From Promethearchaeota archaeon (lineage in GTDB: Archaea > Asgardarchaeota > Lokiarchaeia > Sigyniarchaeales > SOKP01): 64,000 nt of DNA. The translations under genes were made by a program, and so were the position numbers. Below, one piece after another: positions 28,772 to 39,435 of the stretch. Position 1 is the stretch's first letter. Every line of letters starts with the position of its first letter. The stretch lies in the NCBI GenBank assembly GCA_016839915.1, contig JAEOTH010000028.1:15433-79432 (forward strand), given 5' to 3'. A model generated the notes under the pieces. It was not told where the DNA came from and searched no databases. It saw only the letters and a list, made by a program, of their open reading frames with translations.

Positions 28772-29989
28772 TCAACAAAAAAAATCTGATACTTTTTTAC
28801 CTTCTTCAAAAATACCATTTACTTTCTTCATAACATCAGGAATATCAATCTGTTGGGGACACTTATCTAGGCATTCCCCACATTGAATACATAAACTAGC
28901 TGCTCCATCTACTTCATCACCTTCAGATAGCTTCTTTGCTAAATCTTCTGAGGTTTTTGCCATCCTGTTATAAAAGAACATTAGCCTTTCTTTACGTTTT
29001 TCACCCCAATAACTTAATTCATTTAAGAGTCTGAATACCCAAGGAATTGAAACTCCATTTGGGCACGGTAAGCAATACTTGCAACTAGTACAAGGTATGA
29101 TAATATATTTTTTATATGCTTCACGTAATTCAGAAATTATTTGTAATTCTTCTTCAGTTAAATGGTTACTTCTTGATTTTTCTGCTGATTCTAAGTTTTC
29201 TTTGACTTGTTGCATTGTACTCATACCACTTAATGCGACTGAAACTTGGGGGTGGTTCCAAACGAACTGTAACGCCCAATCAGCCATGTTTCTTTGAATT
29301 TTTGATTTATCTACAACTGCTTTAATTTCTGGTTTTGAATCTAATTTTTCTTTTGGAATTGCTAATTGCCCACCTCGAATCGGTTCCATAATTATTAAAG
29401 CAATATTTTTATCACCCGCGTATTCTACTCCTTTTGTTCCTGCTTGATAATCGATATCTAGATAATTAAATTGAATTTGACAACAATCCCATCTATAGTA
29501 ATCAATTATTTCTTTGAATACATCAAAGGTATCATGAAATGAGAAACCTATATATTTAATTAATCCTTTAGTTCTTGCGTCTTCCATCTTCTCAATTAAA
29601 TTAAACTCTTTGATTTTCTCCAATCGTTGCTTATTTAAACCGTGGAATAAATATAAATCCGGAAAAGTTTGTAACCTTTCAATCTGTTCATTGAGATATT
29701 TATCAAAATCTTCCCTATTCTTTACAGCCCAAATTGGTAATTTTGTTGTAAGATGAACTTTTTCCCTATAGCCATCTTTTAATGCTTTCCCTACAATAAT
29801 TTCACTCTCCCCATTGTGGTAAGGATAAGCAGTGTCTATATAGTTTACTCCGTTATCTACAGCATAACGGATCATCTTAATTGCTTCTTCCTCGTTAACC
29901 TTATTTTGATCAATCATAGGAAATCTCATAGCACCAAATCCAAGAACAGACACGTTCCAACCAAGCGAACCCATTTCTTTATATTTCAT
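28772..29989 (-). CDS. aldo/keto reductase with C-terminal 4Fe-4S cluster domain
   Basis: LGFGAMRFP, NYIDTAYPYHNG, C-terminal CTSCKYCLPCPNG and CIQCGECLDKCPQ. Confidence 0.8.
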   Translation of the reverse strand: MKYKEMGSLGWNVSVLGFGAMRFPMIDQNKVNEEEAIKMIRYAVDNGVNYIDTAYPYHNGESEIIVGKALKDGYREKVHLTTKLPIWAVKNREDFDKYLNEQIERLQTFPDLYLFHGLNKQRLEKIKEFNLIEKMEDARTKGLIKYIGFSFHDTFDVFKEIIDYYRWDCCQIQFNYLDIDYQAGTKGVEYAGDKNIALIIMEPIRGGQLAIPKEKLDSKPEIKAVVDKSKIQRNMADWALQFVWNHPQVSVALSGMSTMQQVKENLESAEKSRSNHLTEEELQIISELREAYKKYIIIPCTSCKYCLPCPNGVSIPWVFRLLNELSYWGEKRKERLMFFYNRMAKTSEDLAKKLSEGDEVDGAASLCIQCGECLDKCPQQIDIPDVMKKVNGIFEEGKKVSDFFC

Positions 29990-30274
29990 CTTCTTTCCAA
30001 TATATTTTTTTTTGTCTTTTAAATAAAAGATAATATTATCTGTTAATCCTTAAAATTTATGATAGTTATTGAAATTTTCTGTAATAAATTTTAGATTGGC
30101 TCTAATCTTGTTTAAAAGGTATTGTGTAAATATTATATCTAATGATAAAAAAACTTCTTCTAAATTAAAAGCAATTTAAAGCATGAATTACTAAATTTTG
30201 ACTGTTTTTCCTTTTATATTTGACTGACTGTTAATATTTTTAAAAAAAAAAATTAAGGAGAGAGTGATAAACGT

Positions 30275-30430
30275 ATGATTAGTGATACTAAATTAACTTC
30301 TAACTTGGATTTGACTAAATGTCCATTTTTATCAACATGTCTACTCCCTAAAATACAGTTTTTATGTAAAATCCCAAATTGTCGAAATTGCCCCGATTAC
30401 TCATCCAAATTAAAAAAAGTCAGTCAATAA
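30275..30430 (+). CDS. small Cys-rich protein (51 aa)
   Basis: AAGGAGAGAGTGA upstream of ATG; MISDTKLTSNLDLTKCPFLSTCLLPKIQFLCKIPNCRNCPDY..; below ORF-track cutoff. Confidence 0.3.
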   Translation: MISDTKLTSNLDLTKCPFLSTCLLPKIQFLCKIPNCRNCPDYSSKLKKVSQ

Positions 30431-30434
30431 TTTC

Positions 30435-31157
30435 TTAAAATTTACTTGTGATTCGATTTTTATACTTGATGTATTCCTTTATTTGCTTTATTTTTTCAAG
30501 TTTAAACCTTTCTAAACCTAGATCTGACATCAAAAAACCATAAACTCTTTCAATAAATGTTGAAATTAGGTATGCTGTTGCTCCCCAAACTGTATGAGTT
30601 TTATTTTTCGTTTTATCAACATAATTAAAATAAAATATAGGAAACTTCCTACCATTAATATCTACAGCTTGTTCTCTGAAATTTGTTTTTCTAATAAAGA
30701 AATTAATTGGAATTTTGAGAATTTCTTGAACTTCTCTTTCATCTCTGATTAGTTTTTGATCTTTATGAATAACTCCTATAAAAGGAGTAATTATGAACCT
30801 TGTCATTGTTGGAAAATCATCCATACATCCCAAAATGTCAACATTCTTAAATGGTACACCTATTTCTTCTTCTGTTTCTCTTAAAACGGTATCTCTCAAA
30901 GATTTGTCTAAAAGCGGGTCAAATTTCCCTCCCGGAAATGACATTTCACCTCTATGTCTTGTACCCTTATCTGCTCTATGAATTAAAATTAAATCATACG
31001 GTTTATGTTCATATGGAATTATTGAAAAAAGAACAGCTGAACTTGTAAAGTAATTATCTTTAATCGAGACTCGTAGTGGTGAATCACAAGGAAAAAATGA
31101 TCTTTTTATTAAATCTTTGTTAAAAATCAAGTTTGCTGTATCCATTTGTTTTGGCAA
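30435..31157 (-). CDS. Nudix hydrolase, CoA pyrophosphatase-like
   Basis: MSFPGGKFDPLLDKSLRDTVLRETEEEIGV. Confidence 0.7.
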   Translation of the reverse strand: MPKQMDTANLIFNKDLIKRSFFPCDSPLRVSIKDNYFTSSAVLFSIIPYEHKPYDLILIHRADKGTRHRGEMSFPGGKFDPLLDKSLRDTVLRETEEEIGVPFKNVDILGCMDDFPTMTRFIITPFIGVIHKDQKLIRDEREVQEILKIPINFFIRKTNFREQAVDINGRKFPIFYFNYVDKTKNKTHTVWGATAYLISTFIERVYGFLMSDLGLERFKLEKIKQIKEYIKYKNRITSKF

Positions 31158-31229
31158 AAATTTTAAGATATAATATATTTAAAAAACATAGTAATTTATT
31201 CTAATAAAGTTTTTAGCAAGTGTTTTACT

Positions 31230-31529
31230 GTGAAACTTCCAAAGGAAATTAAAGATAAAAGGGATTTAACCAGATTGTCTAAAAATAGAAAATGTTCGAT
31301 AAAGGGGTGTGAGGAAAATGCTATTCGTTCGCTTTCAGAAAATTCTTGGAAAAATTATATTGAAAAAGCTGGCTTAAAATTTAATAGCAATTCTTTTCAT
31401 AAGGTATATTTATGTAAACCCCATTATAATCAATCCAATAAATATAAAAAATCACAGGAAAAGATTTTTCAGAAGAAGGGATTCCTAGATAATTCAACAG
31501 CCGCTAAAAAAGGAAATTGGGAATATTAA
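31230..31529 (+). CDS. hypothetical basic protein
   Basis: 99-aa ORF, GTG start, CSIKGCEE..LCKPHY. Confidence 0.3.
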   Translation: MKLPKEIKDKRDLTRLSKNRKCSIKGCEENAIRSLSENSWKNYIEKAGLKFNSNSFHKVYLCKPHYNQSNKYKKSQEKIFQKKGFLDNSTAAKKGNWEY

Positions 31530-31702
31530 GGGATAATAACCATTTGTTCATAAATAGAATTTAATATGAGGTGTTGTCCTTGAACAATACCAATTGCTAG
31601 AAGTGATAATCCTATCAATAAAATTATTATTGCCACTAATTTATTTCTCATATTTATCGAGTTTTTAAATATTTCTTAATAAAAATATTTTTACTAAAAC
31701 TT

Positions 31703-32581
31703 TTACTTTGTCAGGTTTTCTAATGTATCAATTTTTGTTTTGATTTTTTTTAACTTTAGGTCAAAATCTTTATCTTTTGCCTTAAATTCATCTTCAGTAA
31801 TCTCTTTTGCGTGGAATCTACCTTTATTAAGTTTGCGATTTCCTGACAATTCTGTCTTTTCCAATTTCAAATCTTGAATCCATAGTTTCATTCCTGCAAT
31901 CAAATCATCACTTTCATTTTCTAAATCCATTTTTTCCTGTTTATACTTTTCTCTTAATTTTTCAAATGTTTCTCTATCAACTTTATGTAATTTATGTTCT
32001 CTTGCTAAATTTTCGAGTTGAAACACTTTGGTATCAATATCAGTTTTAATTCTTTGCACAATAAATGGTTCGTCTAAATTTTGCTTAATTACACTTTCTT
32101 TTTGTTTCATTTCGCTTATTAAAGTTTTTACTGCTTCTAATTTAACATTTATATCTTTTTTAAACTCCATATCGTATTCATATCTAGGATCTTTTGTGGA
32201 TTTTGATATTTCATTTAATTTCTCAATGAGAATTTTCTTATTAAGCTGAATATCATTATACTCAATATAATAAACCATCTGTTCTTTTACTTCTTCGGGA
32301 AGAGGTTTGGCTTCACCTTTAACTTTTAAATTTTTAAACTTTTTCTTTTCTTTTCCTTCTGTTTCCGTGCCAATAATATCTTTCTTCGCTTCTTCTTCCT
32401 CTTCCTTTATAATTTTTGGTTCTTCTTCAACTTTTTTAACTTTTTCCTTTTTAGCTGGTTCTTTTACTTCAGGTTTCCTTTCTCGTTTAGGGATATCTGT
32501 GAGTAGAGGTTTACCACATATAATGCAAAATTTATCACTTTCTTTTACTGGATTACCACAGTAAGGGCAAAATTTACTCAT
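31703..32581 (-). CDS. zinc-ribbon protein with K/E-rich linker and coiled coil
   Basis: CPYCGNPVKESDKFCIICGKPL then charged low-complexity and heptad region. Confidence 0.45.
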   Translation of the reverse strand: MSKFCPYCGNPVKESDKFCIICGKPLLTDIPKRERKPEVKEPAKKEKVKKVEEEPKIIKEEEEEAKKDIIGTETEGKEKKKFKNLKVKGEAKPLPEEVKEQMVYYIEYNDIQLNKKILIEKLNEISKSTKDPRYEYDMEFKKDINVKLEAVKTLISEMKQKESVIKQNLDEPFIVQRIKTDIDTKVFQLENLAREHKLHKVDRETFEKLREKYKQEKMDLENESDDLIAGMKLWIQDLKLEKTELSGNRKLNKGRFHAKEITEDEFKAKDKDFDLKLKKIKTKIDTLENLTK

Positions 32582-32739
32582 TTATTCATCAATTATTTAG
32601 TAAATTAGTTATATGTTATTTATAATCAAAAACCTAATTAAAATTAATTGAGTCCGATTTTTGAAATTTCTGTAATTCGAATTTAATTTTGTATTCAATA
32701 AAAATGTATATATTTTTTTAATTTTTTAAGATATTAAAG

Positions 32740-34158
32740 ATGGAAATTGAAAAGAAAATCCCGATTCACATCGGTTTATTTGGGCATATTGACTCTGGGA
32801 AGACAAAAATAGCAGAAGTACTTAGCGAGATTATTTCCACAGCAGGGATTGATGCACATCCTCAAAGTAAAGAGAGAGGTATTACCATTGATTTAGGTTT
32901 TTCCAGTTTTTTACTTGATAAATATCTAGTAACTCTAGTAGATGGTCCTGGTCATGCTGATTTAATAAAAATCAGTGCTTCCTCTGTTGAAATTATTGAT
33001 TGTGCATTAATTGTTATTGATATTAATAAGGGTCCTCAAGTTCAAACAGGAGAACATCTGATCATGGTCGAGGCTCTGAACCTTGATACAATTATTGTTG
33101 TTCTCAATAAAATTGATCTATTTATTGGTAATATCGAGGAAGAAATAAAAAAAATAAGAAAATTTTTCGGTTCAACTTCTTATGGTTATAATGTGCCTAT
33201 TTTTGCAGTTTCTGCAAAAGATAAGAAAGGATTTGAAGAATTAAAGAATGGTATTTTAGAATCAATTAATTCTTTAAAAATTGAGAGAAAACCAACAGAA
33301 GATCTTATAATTCCTGTTGATCATCATTTTCCTATAAAGGGTATAGGCGCAATATTAACTGGTACCATTTTAAGTGGTTCATTAACTTTAAATCAAAATT
33401 TGGAAATTTTACCTCTAAATACCTCCGGTAGAGTTAAAAACATTCAGATTTTTCACCAAGATGTTGATTCAGCAAAATCAGGTGATAGAGTTGGTATTAA
33501 TATAAAGGGAATTGAATTGAAGAAAGTTTATCGAGGTTGTTATGCTACATCTAATCCCAATGCTTTTGAATTTTGTAATATAATCGAGGTAGAAGTAAAG
33601 AATCATGTACTGTTCAAACCTAAAACAAGCTTTGGTACTCAACTTCATATTACTATTGGAATGTTAACCATCACTGGAAATATTTATCCTTTCTATGAAT
33701 TAGATGGAAAAAGAATTCAAACAACAATTTCAAATAAAGATCAAGGATTTAAAGCTATAATTTTATTTAAAGAGAAGGTTTTAATCAGGAAGAAGAATGC
33801 ATTTATGTTACTCAGTCGATTAGATTTACCTCCAACTACTTTAAGAATATTAGGATCAGCAGAGTTATTGAAAATTTTTAGGGAGCCCCCTATATTTTAC
33901 AAGTATAAAACTAAAAAAGGAAGTATCAAAAATCCTAATCATCCTGAGGGGATTATATGTACAGGTTTAGCGCAAAGCCCTACTGGAGCGAAGAAACTTA
34001 TTGGGAAACTATTAGACTCTCCCTTTACTAAAATATTAAGTACATTTGGTACTAAAGGTGCTGTTATAGTGGGTATTAAAGACCAAAATAAAATAGTAAA
34101 GAAAGGAGATCCCGTATTTCTCAAAGAATTAAGAAGTTTTCAACTAAAAAACATTTAA
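32740..34158 (+). CDS. selB: selenocysteine-specific elongation factor SelB
   Basis: GLFGHIDSGKT, DGPGHADLI, NKIDL, translation-factor beta-barrel domains; no EF-1alpha-type context; near tRNA-Sec/SepSecS. Confidence 0.8.
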   Translation: MEIEKKIPIHIGLFGHIDSGKTKIAEVLSEIISTAGIDAHPQSKERGITIDLGFSSFLLDKYLVTLVDGPGHADLIKISASSVEIIDCALIVIDINKGPQVQTGEHLIMVEALNLDTIIVVLNKIDLFIGNIEEEIKKIRKFFGSTSYGYNVPIFAVSAKDKKGFEELKNGILESINSLKIERKPTEDLIIPVDHHFPIKGIGAILTGTILSGSLTLNQNLEILPLNTSGRVKNIQIFHQDVDSAKSGDRVGINIKGIELKKVYRGCYATSNPNAFEFCNIIEVEVKNHVLFKPKTSFGTQLHITIGMLTITGNIYPFYELDGKRIQTTISNKDQGFKAIILFKEKVLIRKKNAFMLLSRLDLPPTTLRILGSAELLKIFREPPIFYKYKTKKGSIKNPNHPEGIICTGLAQSPTGAKKLIGKLLDSPFTKILSTFGTKGAVIVGIKDQNKIVKKGDPVFLKELRSFQLKNI

Positions 34159-34198
34159 ATCTTTGAAAATTAATATTATCTTAAGACAGGTGGTTTAA

Positions 34199-34633
34199 TT
34201 GGAAAAAGCTAAAGAATCTGAAATTAATATTAATCAAGATATACTAGATGAGTTAATGCGTAATCTAGAAAATTTAGAAGCATCAACTGATTTAGAGGGG
34301 ACAGCAGTAGTTTCAAAAACTGGATTAAGAATTGCGAGTTCTGAAACTGCCGATGTTGTATGGGATATTTATAGTGCGAGTCCAGCTACCTTAATCTCTT
34401 TAGGAGAAAAGATTAGCCAAGGGCTAGAACAAGGAGAATTAAGAGATATCGTTATTAGAGGAACTAAAGGGTATACAATTATTCTTGTTGGATCTACTGA
34501 TAATAATTTCATGTTGTTTACAAATTGTAAAAAAGGGTATAAATTAGGCTATTACTTCCATAAAATTAGGAAAGCATTCAGAGAAATGGAACCTGTTCTG
34601 AAGAAAATTGAGACAAAAGATATGAAGTATTAA
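34199..34633 (+). CDS. Roadblock/LC7 (MglB-like) domain protein
   Basis: ..LEGTAVVSKTGLRIASS..IVIRGTKGYTIILVG..; TTG start 41 nt after selB stop. Confidence 0.65.
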   Translation: MEKAKESEININQDILDELMRNLENLEASTDLEGTAVVSKTGLRIASSETADVVWDIYSASPATLISLGEKISQGLEQGELRDIVIRGTKGYTIILVGSTDNNFMLFTNCKKGYKLGYYFHKIRKAFREMEPVLKKIETKDMKY

Positions 34634-34720
34634 AATTTCTTATTAAATTTCTGATTTTAATTTAGTTAAAATTCAAATTAAGAAAGAAAATTCATTATCA
34701 ATAAGATGCCATTTCTTTAA

Positions 34721-35131
34721 TTATAAGAATTCTCTTATCAACCACTCTACCTCATCTTTGTCATCTAAAGGGTAATTTGGCGAACCTACATTCGGTGTAA
34801 TATTATTAACCATATAAATCCACCCACCATTAATCCCACCACTAATCCCGTCAATTTCTTCCACAAATATACCCCAACTGAAATCAGTGTATTTAACATC
34901 ACACCATTTATCTAAAGCATCAAAAGCTGTTGTTTTTCCATTGTCTAATGTAAAATTTTTATGAACTCTTATAGTACCATTATTATAATCAACAATTAAA
35001 GAGATGCCGCTGACACTTTCTTTAGGTGGAGCGATAGGAATATAAATTAAGTTGAAGTTAACGATTAAAAGTAATGAAAAACAGGTTACCCCTGTAATTG
35101 CTATAATAAAATATTTCAATTTCTTATCCAT
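34721..35131 (-). CDS. DUF4430-like secreted/membrane-anchored protein
   Basis: N-terminal TM, ..TAFDALDKWCDVKYTDFSWGIFVEEIDGISGGINGGWIYMVNN. Confidence 0.55.
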   Translation of the reverse strand: MDKKLKYFIIAITGVTCFSLLLIVNFNLIYIPIAPPKESVSGISLIVDYNNGTIRVHKNFTLDNGKTTAFDALDKWCDVKYTDFSWGIFVEEIDGISGGINGGWIYMVNNITPNVGSPNYPLDDKDEVEWLIREFL

Positions 35132-35170
35132 AAAATATGCTCACTAGTTTTGGAAAAAAAATAATGATAT

Positions 35171-35974
35171 TTAGTTTATTTCTTTTTTCTTTATTAATTT
35201 ATGAATTACTATCAGTAAGGTTGTAGTAACTATTGCACAAAGTAGCATTATTGGAAATGATGGAATTTCTAGTTCGGTTTTTTGAAAATTTAACTCATAA
35301 TCATTTAATTGTATTTCGAAATCTGGGCCAAAAATACTCTGAACTTTACTATAAACTAAAATACCTGTTGTTTTATCATAAATCATAGTACTATTTTGAT
35401 TTCTATTATCTTGTTTAAAAATAAATTCAACCATGTAATCATATTCCTTGTAAGTAAAATCTCCTAACAGGAATCCTGTTACTTGATCAGCAGCTAAGGT
35501 CGTTAAATTTGCTAAATTATTTATTTGGATTAGAAATCCAGAATGAAACGAATTATAACCTATAGCTAAAGATAATCCTGCTTCGCTATTAGATACGTTA
35601 TAGAATGTAGTATTTGTAACCAACATTCCAGTTATGTTTTCCATGAAAGATATGCTAATGTATGGAATAGGATTGCTAAAACATGACGCACCCCCTGCGG
35701 GAGGATCATCAAAAAATCCTGTAAAATTGACTTTTATCTGTCCACCTGGATTCGTAATAGCATCGCCTTGTGGAACCCAATTTAAATTAAGCCAAGTAAA
35801 TTTTGAATCAAATTGTGTTACATTATATACATAAGTTTTATTAAGATTGAAATTTTGGTAGTAAGAATGCGGGATATCATCCTCAGCTTTAACAAATGGG
35901 ATAGAGCCAAAATAGAGTAACTGCAGAAACATTAAAATACTAATGAGGTAAATTATTTTTTTTTGATTTTTCAT
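35171..35974 (-). CDS. secreted protein with C-terminal TM anchor
   Basis: Signal-like N-terminus and C-terminal hydrophobic segment followed by KKKE. Confidence 0.4.
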   Translation of the reverse strand: MKNQKKIIYLISILMFLQLLYFGSIPFVKAEDDIPHSYYQNFNLNKTYVYNVTQFDSKFTWLNLNWVPQGDAITNPGGQIKVNFTGFFDDPPAGGASCFSNPIPYISISFMENITGMLVTNTTFYNVSNSEAGLSLAIGYNSFHSGFLIQINNLANLTTLAADQVTGFLLGDFTYKEYDYMVEFIFKQDNRNQNSTMIYDKTTGILVYSKVQSIFGPDFEIQLNDYELNFQKTELEIPSFPIMLLCAIVTTTLLIVIHKLIKKKEIN

Positions 35975-36256
35975 TGTTATCTATTTCTAATTTTTATATT
36001 TTTGATTATATATAGGATAACTTACCATATTATCCAAATATAATTGTATGAAGGAAATAAGCTATTTAAAGATTGGTAAATTATCCTACTGAACTCGGGG
36101 CTTCTACTCTTGTTAAAGATGAATTAGAAGAGGACACAACAAGAAAGTTTTAAAGAGGAATCTTAATATTTCAACAAATTATTAGCAAATCAAAAAAGAT
36201 TTATTAATATTCGCTATTAGAATCAATCTAAAAGCTATTGTTTTATGTGTGATTAA

Positions 36257-36961
36257 ATGTCTGAAGATTTTGATTTTGAGAAATATTGGTTGAACAAATT
36301 TTCTAAATGTATGCATGATCTTGTAGGAGAAGAACTTCAAAGAGAAATAATAGCGGGAAGTGAAAATTTCACTGATAGAACTAATATAAATGAAAAATTT
36401 AGTTGGTCTCAGAAAGCAATGGAAAAACTCGATTCGCTTATTGATGAAGAAAAATGCATTGAGATTATGACTGGATGTGCTTGTCAATATCCAAAACAAG
36501 ATTTGCATGAAATTAGGAAAAAATATGAAGAAACAAAAGATATTAAATTAGTTCATCATTTGATTCAGGAAAAATTCGAGAAATTCCTAAAAAATAATCT
36601 TAAATTAAATGAGGAATATTTTGATTTTATTGTAAGTAGAGGATGGGGTTTAGCAGGTATATTGGAAGAGAGCAAAATTATAGCGACTAAAATACCTAAA
36701 ACTAGATTTCTTGCAGAATACATGAAAGAATCTGATAATGAGAAGAAGAAAGCATATTATTACCATTGTCCTAGAGTAAGAGATATCTTAAAAACACCTG
36801 ATGTAAAAATTTCTCCCACCTATTGTTATTGTGGGGCAGGTTTCTATAAGGGTATTTGGGAAGAAATACTGCAAAAACCGGTAAAAGTTGAAATCTTAGA
36901 ATCAGTGCTTAACGGAGGAGATGTGTGTAAAATTGCAATAGAATTACCTCCTGAGATTTGA
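36257..36961 (+). CDS. hypothetical Cys-containing protein
   Basis: 234-aa ORF; overlapping antisense ORF 36182..36508 judged spurious. Confidence 0.4.
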   Translation: MSEDFDFEKYWLNKFSKCMHDLVGEELQREIIAGSENFTDRTNINEKFSWSQKAMEKLDSLIDEEKCIEIMTGCACQYPKQDLHEIRKKYEETKDIKLVHHLIQEKFEKFLKNNLKLNEEYFDFIVSRGWGLAGILEESKIIATKIPKTRFLAEYMKESDNEKKKAYYYHCPRVRDILKTPDVKISPTYCYCGAGFYKGIWEEILQKPVKVEILESVLNGGDVCKIAIELPPEI

Positions 36962-37087
36962 AGAATGCTTATTTTCATAATCCTTTATGTGCATTTAATA
37001 ACCCTCCTTAAAATAATAATTTTTAAATAAAAGTTTATTAATTCATTACAATTAATTTACTAAAATTATAGAGGGAAGATTTAACAT

Positions 37088-37627
37088 ATGTCTGATAATA
37101 ATATAAAAGAAAAGTTTGGAAAAGAACGAATCACTGAAGAAATTAAAGAAAGTTATGAACATAAACTTGTCCAAAGACTTGAAGCTCCCCTTATAGGGTT
37201 AATTGCATTTAGTATTGCACTATGGGGTTCGAAATTGTTCACCGCTATCTCACCAAGTACGAGTGTAACTTTTCAAATCGCTGGTTTCGACATTCATTTC
37301 CACCACTTTCATTATGGTATTATAGCATTAGCAATTGGATTAGTACTTACTTTTTTTGAAGGACGATGGTTTGTAAGAATTGAGCATGTATTATTTGGTG
37401 CAGGTTTAGGATTTGTTATTGATGAATACTGGTTGCTTTTAACTTTTGATGAGACAACTTATTTCGGTCCAGAATCACAATTTATCTCCATGATGATTGG
37501 AATTATTATTACAATAATTTATGTTGTAATAATTGTGGGCGTATATTACAAATCGAGAGGAGAACGAAAACTATGGAAAGAACTTTATGATGCTGTAAAA
37601 TCAGGTAAAGTAAAAATAGATATATAA
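37088..37627 (+). CDS. membrane protein
   Basis: 179 aa, four hydrophobic spans. Confidence 0.4.
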   Translation: MSDNNIKEKFGKERITEEIKESYEHKLVQRLEAPLIGLIAFSIALWGSKLFTAISPSTSVTFQIAGFDIHFHHFHYGIIALAIGLVLTFFEGRWFVRIEHVLFGAGLGFVIDEYWLLLTFDETTYFGPESQFISMMIGIIITIIYVVIIVGVYYKSRGERKLWKELYDAVKSGKVKIDI

Positions 37628-37641
37628 AATAAAAAAATAAT

Positions 37642-38109
37642 TTATGGTATTATACTATTATTAATTTTCTCTTTCAATGCTTGTAATGCTTTTGCCCATG
37701 CATTTTCGAAGTAATTATGAGCATTTTGCCATTCCTTTTCCTTTCTCCAACCTGTATGGAATAAATGAATATTAGTTTTATTCGGATCTTTATTATGTGA
37801 AAAGAAAACAATCACATGTGTTAACGGGTCAGCTGTATTCATAAAACTCTGGAACTGAACTGGACCTTTCCAATCGAAGGAAATATATCTATTTTTTTCA
37901 ATTCCAGTAATTTTACACCCAATAGTGCTATTGTTCTCCCTATTGCCAGGCTCCCAGAAAAGCTCATATTTACCTCCAACTTTAGAATCCACCTCAGCTT
38001 TTTCTGTCAACCAACTCTCCAATAAATCATTTATTGTAAATAATTTGAATGCAGTTGAGATATCACATTCAAGTTCTTCTTTAATTTTTATAATTTTTTC
38101 CAATATCAA
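37642..38109 (-). CDS. SRPBCC / AHSA1-like (START-fold) protein
   Basis: ..FKLFTINDLLESWLTEKAEVDSKVGGKYELFWEP.. typical Aha1-like layout. Confidence 0.65.
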   Translation of the reverse strand: MILEKIIKIKEELECDISTAFKLFTINDLLESWLTEKAEVDSKVGGKYELFWEPGNRENNSTIGCKITGIEKNRYISFDWKGPVQFQSFMNTADPLTHVIVFFSHNKDPNKTNIHLFHTGWRKEKEWQNAHNYFENAWAKALQALKEKINNSIIP

Positions 38110-38213
38110 TAACCTTCATATATGTAAATTATTTATAACAATAAGTTATAAAGTGTTATAAAGTAACAAAGTTTAATATTATTTAAACTGGATAGTAACA
38201 AAATAGTAATATT

Positions 38214-38618
38214 GTGAGCAAAATGGAAGTTTGGGAAGATTTAGAAAATATGAAAAATTGCCCAATAGAAGTAACTCTTAATTATTTAGGAAAAAAATGG
38301 ACGATGCAAATAGTAAGAGATTTATTTAAAGGGAAAAAAAGATTTTCAGAATTCTTGAAAGCAAATCCTCAAATTAGCACAAAAATGCTGTCATTACGCT
38401 TAGCAGAATTACAAGATACGGGTCTAATTAAAAAGGAAGTTGTTTCAACTACCCCGCTAAAAGTTGAATATTCATTAGCACCAAAAGGGAAGGCTCTTAA
38501 TAAAATTCTTTTTCAATTAGCAGAATTTTCTTTAAAAAATTATCCAGATGAAGTGTATTATAGGATACCAAAGGCAATAGAATTAGATATATTGAGTTTA
38601 AAAAGATTTTTTAAATGA
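38214..38618 (+). CDS. HxlR-family winged-helix transcriptional regulator
   Basis: CPIEVTLNYLGKKWTMQIVRDLFKGKKRFSEFLK..ISTKMLSLRLAELQDTGLI. Confidence 0.8.
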   Translation: MSKMEVWEDLENMKNCPIEVTLNYLGKKWTMQIVRDLFKGKKRFSEFLKANPQISTKMLSLRLAELQDTGLIKKEVVSTTPLKVEYSLAPKGKALNKILFQLAEFSLKNYPDEVYYRIPKAIELDILSLKRFFK

Positions 38619-38793
38619 GATAGTTATTCTCCAAATTCAGAGTTGTCTCTAAACAACAAAAATATTATCTTTCTAGATTCATTTTTTGATGAGTAAACGC
38701 TTGGGGCTCTGTAGGATATGTTACCAGCATCTTTAAAATAGTTGGTACATTATAAAATATATTACTAAAAAAAGTTATGTAAAATGATTAAAA

Positions 38794-39435
38794 TTGGAGA
38801 TAAAATCCGAAACTAAGAAAGCTAATGAAACAATCGAATTAATTACTAGTGAGCAAGAAAAATTGAATCACTCGATATGGTTAGAAAGAGTACCTTTTCG
38901 ATTAGTATTAATGAGCACTTTTATAGCTTTAGCTGTAAGTTTAGGTTATTTGCTAGCATATATTCCTAATATTGAGTTATTTACTCTTATTGTTTTCTTA
39001 TCGGGTTTTATATTAGGTAAAAGAGATGGATTGATTGTTGGATTTTTAAGTTCTTTTATTTTTTGTTTTTTTAATCCTTTAAGCCCCTCTCCTTTACCGC
39101 TCTTGGTTTTTCAATTAACACATTATTCTTTAACAGGACTAATTGGAGCTTTGTTGAGTGGCTTTCTATCAAAGAAAAAAATATTTAAATCAGATAAAGA
39201 CTTGTATAGAATTTCTTTAATGGTAATATTCGGTTTTATTGGTGCATTAATTACATCAAGCTTTCAAATTTTTGCTTCATTAGTTTATACTTTATCCTTC
39301 TATGGTATTAATCAATTTATTCCCTATCTTCTCACTGGTGCAATATTCACAGTTATACATATTATTGGAAATACACTTGGATTTGTCTTTATATTGCCAG
39401 GATTAATCCAGTTAATAAAAAAGATGTTATACTAA
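38794..39435 (+). CDS. polytopic membrane protein (ECF S-component-like?)
   Basis: 213 aa, 5-6 TM. Confidence 0.4.
   Translation: MEIKSETKKANETIELITSEQEKLNHSIWLERVPFRLVLMSTFIALAVSLGYLLAYIPNIELFTLIVFLSGFILGKRDGLIVGFLSSFIFCFFNPLSPSPLPLLVFQLTHYSLTGLIGALLSGFLSKKKIFKSDKDLYRISLMVIFGFIGALITSSFQIFASLVYTLSFYGINQFIPYLLTGAIFTVIHIIGNTLGFVFILPGLIQLIKKMLY

Noticed and set aside
32028-32564. Plus-strand ORFs 32028..32249 and 32307..32564.
   Set aside because: They are the mirror image of the K/E-rich coding region of 31703..32581. Their S/F-rich low-complexity translation is typical of antisense artefacts.
36182-36508. 108-aa minus-strand ORF overlapping 36257..36961.
   Set aside because: The plus-strand ORF is longer and has normal composition, while the minus-strand product is low complexity.
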